A stretch of 64,000 bases of DNA from Chitinophaga pinensis (GCA_945897885.1 CAMDGU010000005.1:9105-73104), one strand, 5' to 3'; counted from the stretch's first letter, positions 49,748 to 61,784 are shown. The notes: generated by a model not told the origin, from the letters alone. Numbers and translations: made by a program.

Positions 49748-51658
49748 ATGAAATTAAATCTACTTTTTACCTTGCTATTTCTGCCTATTTTGGGCTTTTC
49801 TCAGGATGCAAGCTGGTTTTCTGATATTACACCTGAAACCGGATTGACAGGCCAAAAAATGCAGAAAGCCTATTCTGTTGATGTAAACAATGATGGTTTT
49901 ATTGACCTGATAACCATTACTGGGGTTGATTATTTTAACAATCGAAAACCCATGAAACTATTCATGAATGAAACAGACCCCAAAACAGGTTCAAGAACCT
50001 TTGTAGATAAAACCACTTGGTCAAAAATTAACAGCAATGTAAATGAATCGGATACCGGTCGCCAAACTACCTGTGCAGCTTTTGCTGATGTAGATAATGA
50101 TGGGGATGTAGATATGGTTACAGCCCATTATTTTCATAGGATTGAAAATTATAAAGATGTGGGAGATCGCTGTCAGGTAATGTTGAATAACGGCCAAGGA
50201 CAATTTAGTATTAAACCTAAAAATGGCCTGGATGAATTGGGGTTAACCAATACTCAAGGATTAAGTTTTTTGGATTATAATTTGGACGGAAATATTGATT
50301 TATTTATTGGTAATTGGTTTTCAGATTATACCAATAATAAAATACAGGATGATATTTTAATGAAAGGCAACGGGAATGGAACATTTACCAATGTAACCGG
50401 CTTTACAAATTTGAATAAACCTAACAATGAACCACTTTATGGAAGCAGCGCGGGTGACTGGAATAATGATGGGTGGACTGATATTTTTACAGCCTCCTAT
50501 TGCAGAACAGGTGGAAGCCTTTGGAAAAATACTAAAAATGGAAATTTTGAAAATGTTGCCAAAAGCGTTGGTTACACAAGCCAACTAATGAAAGGCGATA
50601 ATGGACAGGAATTATGCCACTGGGCTGCTATGCCATGTGATTACGATAACGATGGGGATTTTGATTTTTATTTTGCCTTGGTTCATGGAGGTAATGACCC
50701 AAATGAAGGCCGTTCCACAATTGTAAAAAACCAAGGGGCTGATAGTAACTTTATGCTTCGCTGGGTTAGAGATATTACTCCTAGAATAGCCCCTTTTGCC
50801 AGTCATATAGCAACTTATGATGCCAATTGGTATGATTTTGATAATGATGGATTAACGGACCTGTGTTATGCCGATGGAACCTATGCCGGAGGAGGAAACG
50901 GGCGTTTGTTTATGTTTCATCAAAAAGCTGATAATAAATTTACAGATGTAAGTAAGGTTCTTAATTTAACGGCTAATGGCAATAAATACAATACCATGAG
51001 CATTGTTCGCCCAATGGATTATGACAATGATGGTGATGAAGATTTATTGATTTATGGCGGAGGTACTCCAGGAGTTGGGGTTGTTCCTATCTTTTTAAAA
51101 AATAATGCAGGAAATAGTAAAAATCATGTTGTGGTAAATCTTAAACCAGCTAGAGGAACCAATGGAAGTTGCATTGGTGCCAAAGTAGTTGTTTCTTCGG
51201 GAAAACTTATAAAAACGCGCGAAGTATATGCAGGTCAAGGAAATGCTGCCGGTCAGGCTCCTTTTTCATTGGTTTTTGGGTTAGATAATAATTCTTTGAT
51301 TGATTCTATCCTAGTTACTTTTCCTAATAAAAAGCACCGACGAATTGTAAAATATAATGTTGATGTAAATCAAATCTATACGTTTTATGAATACATAAAT
51401 GGTTTGCCTGATGATGCCATAACTGTATATCCAAATCCGGCAAAGAGTGAAGTAAACATTGCTTTTCCAAAATCATTTACTGGTAATTTAAATCTTTCTA
51501 TTTATGATTTAACCGGCAAATTAATCATTAATAAACGTTTCAATATGGAATATAATTATGAAAGTCTTGATATTTCTGCCTTTTCACCAGGCTATTATAT
51601 TGTTCAGTTGCAATCAGAAAATGGCAAAATAAACCGTCAGAAATTGGTGGTGAAATAG
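49748..51658 (+). CDS. CRTAC1-like FG-GAP/ASPIC-UnbV protein with T9SS type A CTD
   Basis: Seven DxNNDGxxD-type repeats, IGAKV, VFGLD, VYPNPA CTD. Confidence 0.88.
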   Translation: MKLNLLFTLLFLPILGFSQDASWFSDITPETGLTGQKMQKAYSVDVNNDGFIDLITITGVDYFNNRKPMKLFMNETDPKTGSRTFVDKTTWSKINSNVNESDTGRQTTCAAFADVDNDGDVDMVTAHYFHRIENYKDVGDRCQVMLNNGQGQFSIKPKNGLDELGLTNTQGLSFLDYNLDGNIDLFIGNWFSDYTNNKIQDDILMKGNGNGTFTNVTGFTNLNKPNNEPLYGSSAGDWNNDGWTDIFTASYCRTGGSLWKNTKNGNFENVAKSVGYTSQLMKGDNGQELCHWAAMPCDYDNDGDFDFYFALVHGGNDPNEGRSTIVKNQGADSNFMLRWVRDITPRIAPFASHIATYDANWYDFDNDGLTDLCYADGTYAGGGNGRLFMFHQKADNKFTDVSKVLNLTANGNKYNTMSIVRPMDYDNDGDEDLLIYGGGTPGVGVVPIFLKNNAGNSKNHVVVNLKPARGTNGSCIGAKVVVSSGKLIKTREVYAGQGNAAGQAPFSLVFGLDNNSLIDSILVTFPNKKHRRIVKYNVDVNQIYTFYEYINGLPDDAITVYPNPAKSEVNIAFPKSFTGNLNLSIYDLTGKLIINKRFNMEYNYESLDISAFSPGYYIVQLQSENGKINRQKLVVK

Positions 51659-51671
51659 AACCCTAGGAGTT

Positions 51672-51840
51672 TGTCATGCCGAGGAACGAGGCATCTCTAT
51701 TTCGAACAATTTAAAAAGATCCCTCCTATCGTCGGGATGACAATTCTCAGCCTGTGTTTGGCGCATTGGTTTGTAATGATGTTGTTGTCATGCCGAGAAA
51801 CGAGGCATCTGTTAGAGATTCCTCCTTCGTTGGAATGGTA
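51672..51840. repeat. two tandem REP-like elements (family A)
   Basis: TGTCATGCCGAGGAACGAGGCATCT...AGATCCCTCCTATCGTCGGGATGACA (51672-51742) and TGTCATGCCGAGAAACGAGGCATCT...AGATTCCTCCTTCGTTGGAATG (51786-51840). Confidence 0.85.
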
Positions 51841-52102
51841 AATAGCAAAAAAAGAAAAATTGTTTCTTATTATTTTTATCTTCAAGCTTGTAGTAATATT
51901 TTTATGGAATAAATTTTAACAAAAATCCTAAAAAACTGCAAACAAGCATTCTTAAAATGATTTTTAACGCTACATTTACCCCGCTCGAAACCCTTTAAAA
52001 TAAAGGGTTTTCAAGTTTTTTACCAAGCTATTTTCCTTCTTTTTTCACTATGCCATCAAGGGCTTTACTTTCTATTTTCAAAAAAAATAAAATAAATACT
52101 AC

Positions 52103-52486
52103 ACGAAACACATCCTTAAAAAATTAAAAATCCCAAGGTCATTCTTATGGCAAGTTTGGCAGTTGCAGTTTTCTTTATCAACTCATGCAGTGGTGGTGGC
52201 GATGAAGAACCAACCCCTGGGAGTGAAATATATAGGTAATTTAGGAATTAAAGATACAACAATAGATATTGCACATTATGGTCCTAGAATCGCAGGATTA
52301 AAATATAAATTTAATCCAAAAGGCTCTGGTATAGATAAGGTAGAAACAATTATTAGAAGGTCTTCTCTTTCAACAGCCCCCTATGTTATCGTTGATGATG
52401 GTGATTACACCTTAGAAAAACAGAATGGAAAATGGATATCTACCTTAAAAAAATGGGTTAGGGATGATTATCGTGATGAAACATGA
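52103..52486 (+). pseudogene. frameshifted lipoprotein gene remnant
   Basis: ATG 52147 gives MASLAVAVFFINSCSGGGDEEPTPG and stops. The body continues in another frame (VKYIGNLGIKD...) after CCTGGGAGTG. Confidence 0.6.
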
Positions 52487-52593
52487 CGCTACACAGGCAT
52501 AGATTAACCGTTAATCTAGCCTTAGAAAAACGCTTAAAAAAATAAAACAAAGCCTCCGGAAGTATTTACAGGGTCTTTTTTTTGATATTCTTT

Positions 52594-52655
52594 TGTCATG
52601 CTGAGGCACGAAGCATCTCAACTGAGAAATAGATTCCTCGTACCTCGGAATGACA
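52594..52655. repeat. REP-like element (family A)
   Basis: TGTCATGCTGAGGCACGAAGCATCT...AGATTCCTCGTACCTCGGAATGACA. Confidence 0.85.
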
Positions 52656-52681
52656 ATTCATAACTCAAGTGTGAAAAAACT

Positions 52682-54310
<1,629 letters not shown>

Positions 54311-54484
54311 TTAATAAAAACCTTAGTGTACGGGATGCGAATGTAAAACAATTTTAGGAGTAAGAAAGGCATGTTATCAAGATTGTATTAACAATGCTTA
54401 ATGATAAATCATTCATGGTAAAATTTTCAATTTAGCTGATACCCTATTTATTAATCACTAACAATTAGTCATTAACCATAAATA

Positions 54485-56548
54485 TCAAATTCTCTCTCTA
54501 TAAGTTTTGATAAACAAAGCTCCCAGATTTTGATGGGGAGGTATATAATCGTTAAATTTTTCGATGGCCTCTCGATTGCCTTTAAATTTGGTTTCAATGG
54601 ATTTCCAAAGGACAGCCCAATCTAAATCTTTACCTAAGCGAATGGTTTCATTCATTTGATAAATAACTTCATTATTTACCAGCATGGTGCCAATTTGTTT
54701 GGATGAAATTATTTGGCTTTCATGACTAATATCCAAAACCTTAATGATATTATTATATCCTCCACAACTGCCCAACACAACAATTCTGGCTTCAGGATTT
54801 AATGATTCAATAGTGGCCCACGCGTAGTAACTATGGCCTCTATGAATCACAATTTCGGGCCAATGATTTTTTTCAATAAAAATGTTCTGAATTTCAGATT
54901 GCCCCTCTCCTTCTTTTTCCGGGCGATTGGCGTAAATAATAATCTGCTTGCCTTTTCTAGGACTTATTTTTACGTAGTTTTCAAATTCCTCTATTCCCCA
55001 CTCAGGCTTTCTGTGGCTAGCTATAAATGATTTGAAACTAGCATCTCCATCTTTATCTTTATAAAACATTAATTGTTCAAAGCAGGTGTCGGATTTAAAT
55101 AAGTGATGCGATGCGACAACAGAAATATTTGGCCGGTTACCAATATTTTTATTGGTCATTATTTCAATTAAAAGCTCATAAAGTTTTGAAGCTTCAAACT
55201 TTCCCTGACTCGTTAAAAGATAAAAATAATTGGAAATTAATTTTTCTAATTGCTTTTTGGTAGCCTCGTCTTTCAAACTTCCATAAGTATCTGCAACGGT
55301 AACAGCATTTTCAGGGTTACCATTTTCAGCCTCCAAACCTTCGCAGAATTTACGAAAAAGTTTATTTTTTTCTTCAAGCGTAAGTTTGGCCAAAAATAAA
55401 TTTAATGTATTGTATCCGGCACACATTTTAATAAATGTTCTGAACTTGAGCCAGTTTTGTTCCTGCAAAAATGTATAGAAAGATTTTGTTTTTACTTTGC
55501 CCTCCATTCGTTTATAAAGCCCAATAAATGTAGAGGTATAAACTTCACTTTCGCCCAATACCATTAGGGTGTAAATTTCATTGGCGTCTAATGATTTTAA
55601 ACAGTCAAATCGAGCTTCATCCGGTTCCTCGTGTAAATCATTAATGACTCGTATATGCTTGAGACACAATACCTGTAATTCTTTTTCGATAGTATATTTT
55701 GCTGCCACTTGATTGCGTCCCATCAATTCAATAAGCCTTTTTATATAAATGGCGGGGTCTGTCGTTATTCTGTCGGCTTCTTTTATCTTAATCTTACCAG
55801 TATGTATATCTTCTAAAAATGAGTAAGCTAAGCTTTTCATCCCAACTTCATCATAGATTTTAACAAAAGTTTCTAACCAAGAATTATTAGATAATTTAAT
55901 GGCTTTGCTAACCGGGTTTTGAGAATACATATAGCCTTTTACCTCGCTTGGAGCATACTTTACAAGTTCAAGTAATATGGTATCAGAATAAGATTGTTCA
56001 GAATATTGCTTGTAATAACTAAGCAACTCTGTTGGTGATGATTTTACCACTTTCAGCAAAAAATCAAGGGTTTCAGGCTTTTTTACGTAAAATGGTAATA
56101 TTTTTAAAGCACTTACAGGATTAACAATCATACTGGGCAGCAATCGGGTAATCTCTGATTCCATCATGCATTTATAAGCCAGATTTATATGAAACTCATA
56201 GTGATTGGTTAGGTCAATATTTTCACGTTCAATATGTTTGATAATTTTTAAAATGATTTCTAGTTTGATGAGTTTGGTTTTGTAATCAGTTTCACCTTTT
56301 TGCACCAAAATAATAAGGTTATTTATATTAAAAAAAAGAGATTGTTGAACCTTATCGGTAAGGTCCTGCTTGCTCAGACGAACTTTATTATCAACCATGC
56401 TATCAAATAAATCAATACGTCGCTGCTCGGTTCTTATTTTGCCAATAATATACATTGCAGCATCTTTGGGTTGCGCAAAGAGATTACAAATGCTCAACAG
56501 TAAAATGCTTAAAAAGCTTATCAATTTTAAGAGAATATTTATTTTCAA
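54485..56548 (-). CDS. exported hypothetical protein; C-terminal caspase/CHAT-like His-Cys motif
   Basis: Signal peptide, helical N-terminal region, IVIHRGHSY...IVVLGSCGG. Confidence 0.65.
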   Translation of the reverse strand: MKINILLKLISFLSILLLSICNLFAQPKDAAMYIIGKIRTEQRRIDLFDSMVDNKVRLSKQDLTDKVQQSLFFNINNLIILVQKGETDYKTKLIKLEIILKIIKHIERENIDLTNHYEFHINLAYKCMMESEITRLLPSMIVNPVSALKILPFYVKKPETLDFLLKVVKSSPTELLSYYKQYSEQSYSDTILLELVKYAPSEVKGYMYSQNPVSKAIKLSNNSWLETFVKIYDEVGMKSLAYSFLEDIHTGKIKIKEADRITTDPAIYIKRLIELMGRNQVAAKYTIEKELQVLCLKHIRVINDLHEEPDEARFDCLKSLDANEIYTLMVLGESEVYTSTFIGLYKRMEGKVKTKSFYTFLQEQNWLKFRTFIKMCAGYNTLNLFLAKLTLEEKNKLFRKFCEGLEAENGNPENAVTVADTYGSLKDEATKKQLEKLISNYFYLLTSQGKFEASKLYELLIEIMTNKNIGNRPNISVVASHHLFKSDTCFEQLMFYKDKDGDASFKSFIASHRKPEWGIEEFENYVKISPRKGKQIIIYANRPEKEGEGQSEIQNIFIEKNHWPEIVIHRGHSYYAWATIESLNPEARIVVLGSCGGYNNIIKVLDISHESQIISSKQIGTMLVNNEVIYQMNETIRLGKDLDWAVLWKSIETKFKGNREAIEKFNDYIPPHQNLGALFIKTYRERI

Positions 56549-56610
56549 AGATATGTTCGAGTAAATAGCGTTAATATTAAGTTTATCTGTTTAATCAATT
56601 CGTATGCAAA

Positions 56611-57150
56611 TTATTTGCTTTTAATCAATTCCCAAAAAGCAATTCCGCAACTTACAGCCACATTAAATGAATGTTTGGTGCCAAATTGTGGTATTTCTAA
56701 AATCTCATCACATAATGCCAAAGCTTTATCGCTAATGCCTTCCACTTCGTTACCTACAATTATTGCTACAGGTTTTGATTGCGGGTCAAAATTACGAATA
56801 TCTATGCTTTTGTCTGTTTGTTCCAGTCCAGCAATGATGTAGTTCTCACTTTTTAAGGTATTGATAAGTGTTTCAATATCCTCATGATATTCCCAATCAA
56901 TACTGTTCTCAGCACCTAATGAAGTTTTATAAATATCTCGATGTGGTGGACTTCCTGTAATTCCGCACAAATAAATTTGGCCAATTCCCAAGCAATCACA
57001 CGTTCTAAAAATAGACCCCACGTTGTTCATACTTCGCACATCATCAAGCAATACCACCAATTGCTTTTTATCTTGACTTTTAAAATCATCAATTGATAGG
57101 CGATTTAGTTCTATATTCTTTAATTTGCGGACTCTTAAATCCATACTCAT
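56611..57150 (-). CDS. TrmH/SpoU-family RNA methyltransferase
   Basis: NVGSIFRT, GNEVEGI, IPQFGTKHSFNVAV. Confidence 0.9.
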   Translation of the reverse strand: MSMDLRVRKLKNIELNRLSIDDFKSQDKKQLVVLLDDVRSMNNVGSIFRTCDCLGIGQIYLCGITGSPPHRDIYKTSLGAENSIDWEYHEDIETLINTLKSENYIIAGLEQTDKSIDIRNFDPQSKPVAIIVGNEVEGISDKALALCDEILEIPQFGTKHSFNVAVSCGIAFWELIKSK

Positions 57151-57151
57151 T

Positions 57152-59752
57152 TTGTGTGCAAAAATAGCTGATAATGAAACACCGTTGATGAAACAATACA
57201 ACGAAGTAAAACAAAAGTATCCTGGTGCTTTGGTTTTATTTCGTGTTGGAGATTTTTATGAAACTTTCGGCGAAGATGCCAAAAAATCGTCTCAAATTTT
57301 AGGAATTACCTTAACAAAACGAGGAAATGGCAAGGCCAATGAAGTTGAACTAGCCGGTTTTCCACACCATTCATTGGATGTATATCTTCCTCGATTGGTT
57401 AGAGCAGGACAACGAGTTGCTATCTGCGATCAATTAGAAGACCCAAAACTTACCAAAACAATTGTAAAACGTGGGGTTACTGAATTGGTAACTCCAGGTG
57501 TAAGCATTAATGATAAAATTCTAGAATCGCGACAAAACAATTATTTAGCCGCTTTATTTCCCGGGAAAGAAAAATTTGGTGTTTCGTTTATTGATATATC
57601 AACCGGAGAGTTTTTAACCGCTGAAGGAGATGCGGATTATATTATTAAATTGTTTCAAAATCTGAAACCCTCTGAAGTTATTTATCCCAAATCGTTTCGT
57701 TCTAAATTTGAAAATCAGTTTGGGGATTTTTATACCTACATCTTAGATGACTGGATTTTTGAACAAACCTTTGCGGAAGAAAAACTCCTTTCCCATTTTA
57801 AAACAGCTACTCTTAAAGGATTTGGAATAGATGAATTGGTTTTAGGGATAACTGCGGCAGGTGCCATTATTCATTATTTAAATCAAAACCAACATACCAA
57901 TTTAAGCCATGTCAGCACCATTTCAAGATTGGATAGAGACGAACATGTTTGGTTGGATCAATTTACAGCACGAAATTTAGAGTTAATTTACAGCAATCAC
58001 CCGCAAGGAAAATCACTCTTAGAAATATTAGATAATACCCAAACTCCAATGGGTGCCCGATTGCTTCGCAAATGGCTTGTTATGCCGCTTAAAGATAAGT
58101 TTAGGATAAAACAACGATTGGATACAGTTGATTTTGGGGTAACCCATTCTGAATTTACCAAAGATGTGAGTCATAAACTTACCAGAATCGGCGATTTGGA
58201 ACGCTTAATCACGAAGGTTTCTTTGCTTCGAATAAACCCAAGAGAAATAATTGCATTGGGAAGAGCACTAGAAATAGTAGCCCAAGTGAAGGAACTTTGC
58301 AAAATAACCCAGCATGAGGAATTGATGAGTTTAGCTGATAAACTGAATCCCTGTGAAGTATTATTGAATAAAATAAAATCGGTTATAAATCCTGAGCCAC
58401 CTATGCTAACTAACAAGGGTGATATTTTTAAAGAAGGATTTAATCAAGAACTTGATGAATTGCGAAGCATCGCTTTTTCAGGAAAGGATTACCTTTTAAA
58501 TATTCAAAAACGGGAAGTAGAACGAACAGGAATCACAAACCTTAAGATTTCTTACAACAACGTGTTTGGGTATTTTTTGGAAGTAACAAACAGTCATAAA
58601 GATAAAGTACCGGCTGAATGGATTCGCAAACAAACCCTTACCGGTGCAGAACGTTACATTACTCAAGAGCTTAAGGAATACGAAGACAAAATACTCACAG
58701 CCGAAGATAAAATTTATGCTATCGAGGCTAATTTGTATAAGGATTTTGTTGAGTTTACTGCCGGATTTTTTAATCCAGTGCATATCAATTCTCAAGTTAT
58801 CGCCCAATTGGATTGTCTACTTAATTTTTCAGAATTGGCTCTTAAAAATAACTATTGCAAACCGGAGATTAATGATTCAACCTCTTTGACCATAAAAGAT
58901 TGCCGCCACCCAGTTATTGAAAAACAATTGCCTTTGGGGGATGAATATATACCCAATGACATTCATTTAGATAGAGAAGCTAATCAGGTTATCATTCTTA
59001 CAGGGCCCAATATGTCTGGTAAATCTGCTATTCTTAGACAAACAGCTTTATCTGTTTTATTGGCTCAAATGGGAAGTTTTGTGCCGGCTAAATATGCTGA
59101 GATTGGTATCGTAGATAAGATTTATACCCGTGTGGGGGCTTCTGATAATATTAGTCAGGGTGAAAGTACCTTTATGGTGGAAATGATAGAAACAGCCAGT
59201 ATTCTTAATAATTTGAGCGAACGAAGCTTGGTTATTTTAGATGAAATTGGTCGTGGTACCAGTACATTTGATGGGGTTTCCTTAGCCTGGGCTATTGCAG
59301 AGTATTTGAATCAACATCCTACGAAACCTAAGACCTTTTTTGCTACCCATTACCATGAATTAAATGAGCTGGAAGGTAAAAATGAAGGGGTCGTTAATTA
59401 CCATATCAGCACCAAGGAAACCAATACCAAAGTCATCTTTTTGCGCAAGCTAACAAAAGGTGGCAGCGAACACAGTTTTGGTATTCATGTGGCTAAAATG
59501 GCTGGGATACCAACAAAAGTGGTAAGCCGTGCTGCAAAAATATTAAGTAATTTGGAGAAAGACCGAGCCATGGCAAGCAGCAAGGAAGTTACAAAAAAAT
59601 TGGATAAACACGATTACCAATTGAACTTGTTTCAATACAACGACCCAAAATTGGTGAAATTGTCAGAGGAACTTCAAAAATTGGATACCAACATCCTTTC
59701 GCCGATTGAAGCGTTATTAAAATTGAATGAGTTGAAAAATATAATGAATTAA
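57152..59752 (+). CDS. mutS: DNA mismatch repair protein MutS
   Basis: TPLMKQY, FRVGDFYE, TGPNMSGKS, STFMVEM, DEIGRGTS, ATHYHEL; exact start uncertain. Confidence 0.97.
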   Translation: MCAKIADNETPLMKQYNEVKQKYPGALVLFRVGDFYETFGEDAKKSSQILGITLTKRGNGKANEVELAGFPHHSLDVYLPRLVRAGQRVAICDQLEDPKLTKTIVKRGVTELVTPGVSINDKILESRQNNYLAALFPGKEKFGVSFIDISTGEFLTAEGDADYIIKLFQNLKPSEVIYPKSFRSKFENQFGDFYTYILDDWIFEQTFAEEKLLSHFKTATLKGFGIDELVLGITAAGAIIHYLNQNQHTNLSHVSTISRLDRDEHVWLDQFTARNLELIYSNHPQGKSLLEILDNTQTPMGARLLRKWLVMPLKDKFRIKQRLDTVDFGVTHSEFTKDVSHKLTRIGDLERLITKVSLLRINPREIIALGRALEIVAQVKELCKITQHEELMSLADKLNPCEVLLNKIKSVINPEPPMLTNKGDIFKEGFNQELDELRSIAFSGKDYLLNIQKREVERTGITNLKISYNNVFGYFLEVTNSHKDKVPAEWIRKQTLTGAERYITQELKEYEDKILTAEDKIYAIEANLYKDFVEFTAGFFNPVHINSQVIAQLDCLLNFSELALKNNYCKPEINDSTSLTIKDCRHPVIEKQLPLGDEYIPNDIHLDREANQVIILTGPNMSGKSAILRQTALSVLLAQMGSFVPAKYAEIGIVDKIYTRVGASDNISQGESTFMVEMIETASILNNLSERSLVILDEIGRGTSTFDGVSLAWAIAEYLNQHPTKPKTFFATHYHELNELEGKNEGVVNYHISTKETNTKVIFLRKLTKGGSEHSFGIHVAKMAGIPTKVVSRAAKILSNLEKDRAMASSKEVTKKLDKHDYQLNLFQYNDPKLVKLSEELQKLDTNILSPIEALLKLNELKNIMN

Positions 59753-59773
59753 TTAGTTCCCAATAAAAATCAC

Positions 59774-61246
59774 ATGCGATTACTTCTGATAATTTTTTTT
59801 ACCAGCTTTGGTTATTTTAAAGCGTTTGCCCAAACCAACTATTGGATTTTTTTTAAGAGCCCCGCTCCTGTTCAATCCGTAAATCCCTCCTATCTTAAAA
59901 AAATAGCTTCTAAAAATGTTAAAGTTATTGGAACCTCCAAATGGTTTAATGCAGCTTATGTTTCAGTAAATAATTCAAAAAGTTTAAGGAAAATTGAAAA
60001 CCATTCTTTTGTAAAAAGCATTGAACAAAGCAGAAAGTATAAGGTTCAAAAATTGGACATTCAATTATTTGATTCTTTAAAATACGGTCAGGCTGATGTA
60101 CAATTAAATATGCTTGGATTGCAGAATTACCATCGGAAAGGATTTACAGGCAAAGGCGTTAAAATTGCCCTGTTTGACGGTGGGTTTTATAAAGTTGATA
60201 GTATTATAGCTTTCGACAGTTTGAGAAAACGAAACGGAATACTTGCCACTAAAGATTTTTATGATAACAATACCAATGTATTTAACGATGATGCCCATGG
60301 AATGTATGTACTTTCTCTTATTTCAGGCTATTTAAAAGACTCTATGTTTGGCTCTGCTCCTGATGCCAATTTTGTTTTGGCTAGAACCGAGTTTGTAGCC
60401 ACCGAAAAGCATATTGAAGAATTTAACTGGATTAGAGCATTAGAATGGGCCGATTCCATTGGGGTGGATATTATTCATTCATCCTTAGGCTATTCGCAAT
60501 TTGATACTTTAGAAGGGAATTATACCTACAAGGACATGGATGGGCAAAGTACCATTATTACACGTGCTGCTGAAATGGCCTATAGCCGCGGCATTTTTAT
60601 TAGCAACAGTGCCGGTAATGAAGGACAAAAACCGTGGCGATATATTACAGCTCCGTGTGATGGTAAAAATGTGCTGTGCATTGGGGCCGTTGATTCATTT
60701 AGGCAACATGCCAAATTTTCAAGTTTTGGGCCAAGTTCAGACGGACGAGTGAAACCCGATGTGATGGCTATGGGGAAAAATGTAACTATCATTGGAACCA
60801 ATAATATTATGCGTCGTGGAAGCGGCACCTCATTTTCGGGACCAATTATGGCCGGGTTTGTGGCCTGCTTAAAACAAGCATTTCCAAATGTGAGTAATCC
60901 TATTCTGCTTGATGCCATCCGAAAAAGCGGGCATTTGTATAAAACACCGAATGATAGTCTTGGATACGGAATTCCTAATATTAACAGAGTCGATTCCTTG
61001 GTTCGTTTAAAACTTTTAAGTGCCTCCTTTTCAAAACAAAAATTTAAAGTTTTCCCAAATCCATGTTCTTCCGTATTAAGTTTTGAAACAACTTTGTCTT
61101 TAAAGAATATTGAAATAACGGATGTTTTGGGTAAAGCATATTATCCTGTCCTAAATAATAATTCCATTGATATGAGCGGTTTTAAGCCAGGTATTTATTT
61201 TATAAAGCTTGAAAATTTTGAGGTTGTGAGGGTTGTCAAGATTTAA
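59774..61246 (+). CDS. S8 subtilisin-like serine peptidase with T9SS CTD
   Basis: IALFDGG (Asp), HGMYV (His), SAGNEG, GTSFSGP (Ser), VFPNP CTD. Confidence 0.9.
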   Translation: MRLLLIIFFTSFGYFKAFAQTNYWIFFKSPAPVQSVNPSYLKKIASKNVKVIGTSKWFNAAYVSVNNSKSLRKIENHSFVKSIEQSRKYKVQKLDIQLFDSLKYGQADVQLNMLGLQNYHRKGFTGKGVKIALFDGGFYKVDSIIAFDSLRKRNGILATKDFYDNNTNVFNDDAHGMYVLSLISGYLKDSMFGSAPDANFVLARTEFVATEKHIEEFNWIRALEWADSIGVDIIHSSLGYSQFDTLEGNYTYKDMDGQSTIITRAAEMAYSRGIFISNSAGNEGQKPWRYITAPCDGKNVLCIGAVDSFRQHAKFSSFGPSSDGRVKPDVMAMGKNVTIIGTNNIMRRGSGTSFSGPIMAGFVACLKQAFPNVSNPILLDAIRKSGHLYKTPNDSLGYGIPNINRVDSLVRLKLLSASFSKQKFKVFPNPCSSVLSFETTLSLKNIEITDVLGKAYYPVLNNNSIDMSGFKPGIYFIKLENFEVVRVVKI

Positions 61247-61331
61247 TTAATATTAATTGTCTAGCTTTGCAAAAATTAAAAATAAGTTCTAAAAGAGCAA
61301 TTTGTTAATTGTTCAATCCTTTAAAAAATTA

Positions 61332-61784
61332 ATGAGAAGAATCCTAATAAGCCAAAAAACATTTGGCATCACCAAAGAAACGAGTCTTGCCGACCTAAAA
61401 AAAATCTACCGGAACCTTATTAAAGAATGGCATCCTGATAAAGTGCAACACGATGCAGCATTATTGGCCGAGTCTGAAATAAAAAGTAAAGAAATAATAG
61501 ATGCCTATCAATTTTTGGTAAGTATATCGCCTGAAACCCATGCTGCCAATAGCGAAGAATATATGGAATTGACTACAGAAGCAGCCATTGAAAACTGGGA
61601 ATACAAAGGAATTACTTTAAAATTTTTCTTTCAAAATGGTAGTGTCTATGAATACCTTGGAGTTCCAAAAAATGTGTATATGAAAATGATAAACTCAGGT
61701 AACACAGGCCGTTTTGCAAGGCGCCATATCTTCCATTCCTACCCATATCGTAAAGCAGCCAAGGAAAAAGAACAAGCAGTATAA
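61332..61784 (+). CDS. J-domain plus KTSC-domain protein
   Basis: YRNLIKEWHPDK; F.NGSVYEYLGVP..Y..M....TGRFARRHI; TAGCTTTG promoter at 61262. Confidence 0.85.
   Translation: MRRILISQKTFGITKETSLADLKKIYRNLIKEWHPDKVQHDAALLAESEIKSKEIIDAYQFLVSISPETHAANSEEYMELTTEAAIENWEYKGITLKFFFQNGSVYEYLGVPKNVYMKMINSGNTGRFARRHIFHSYPYRKAAKEKEQAV

Noticed and set aside
51672..51840. Repeat cluster as a mini-CRISPR, and ORF 51697-51885
   Set aside because: Arms alternate in orientation with irregular spacing, which is REP-like. The ORF simply reads across them.
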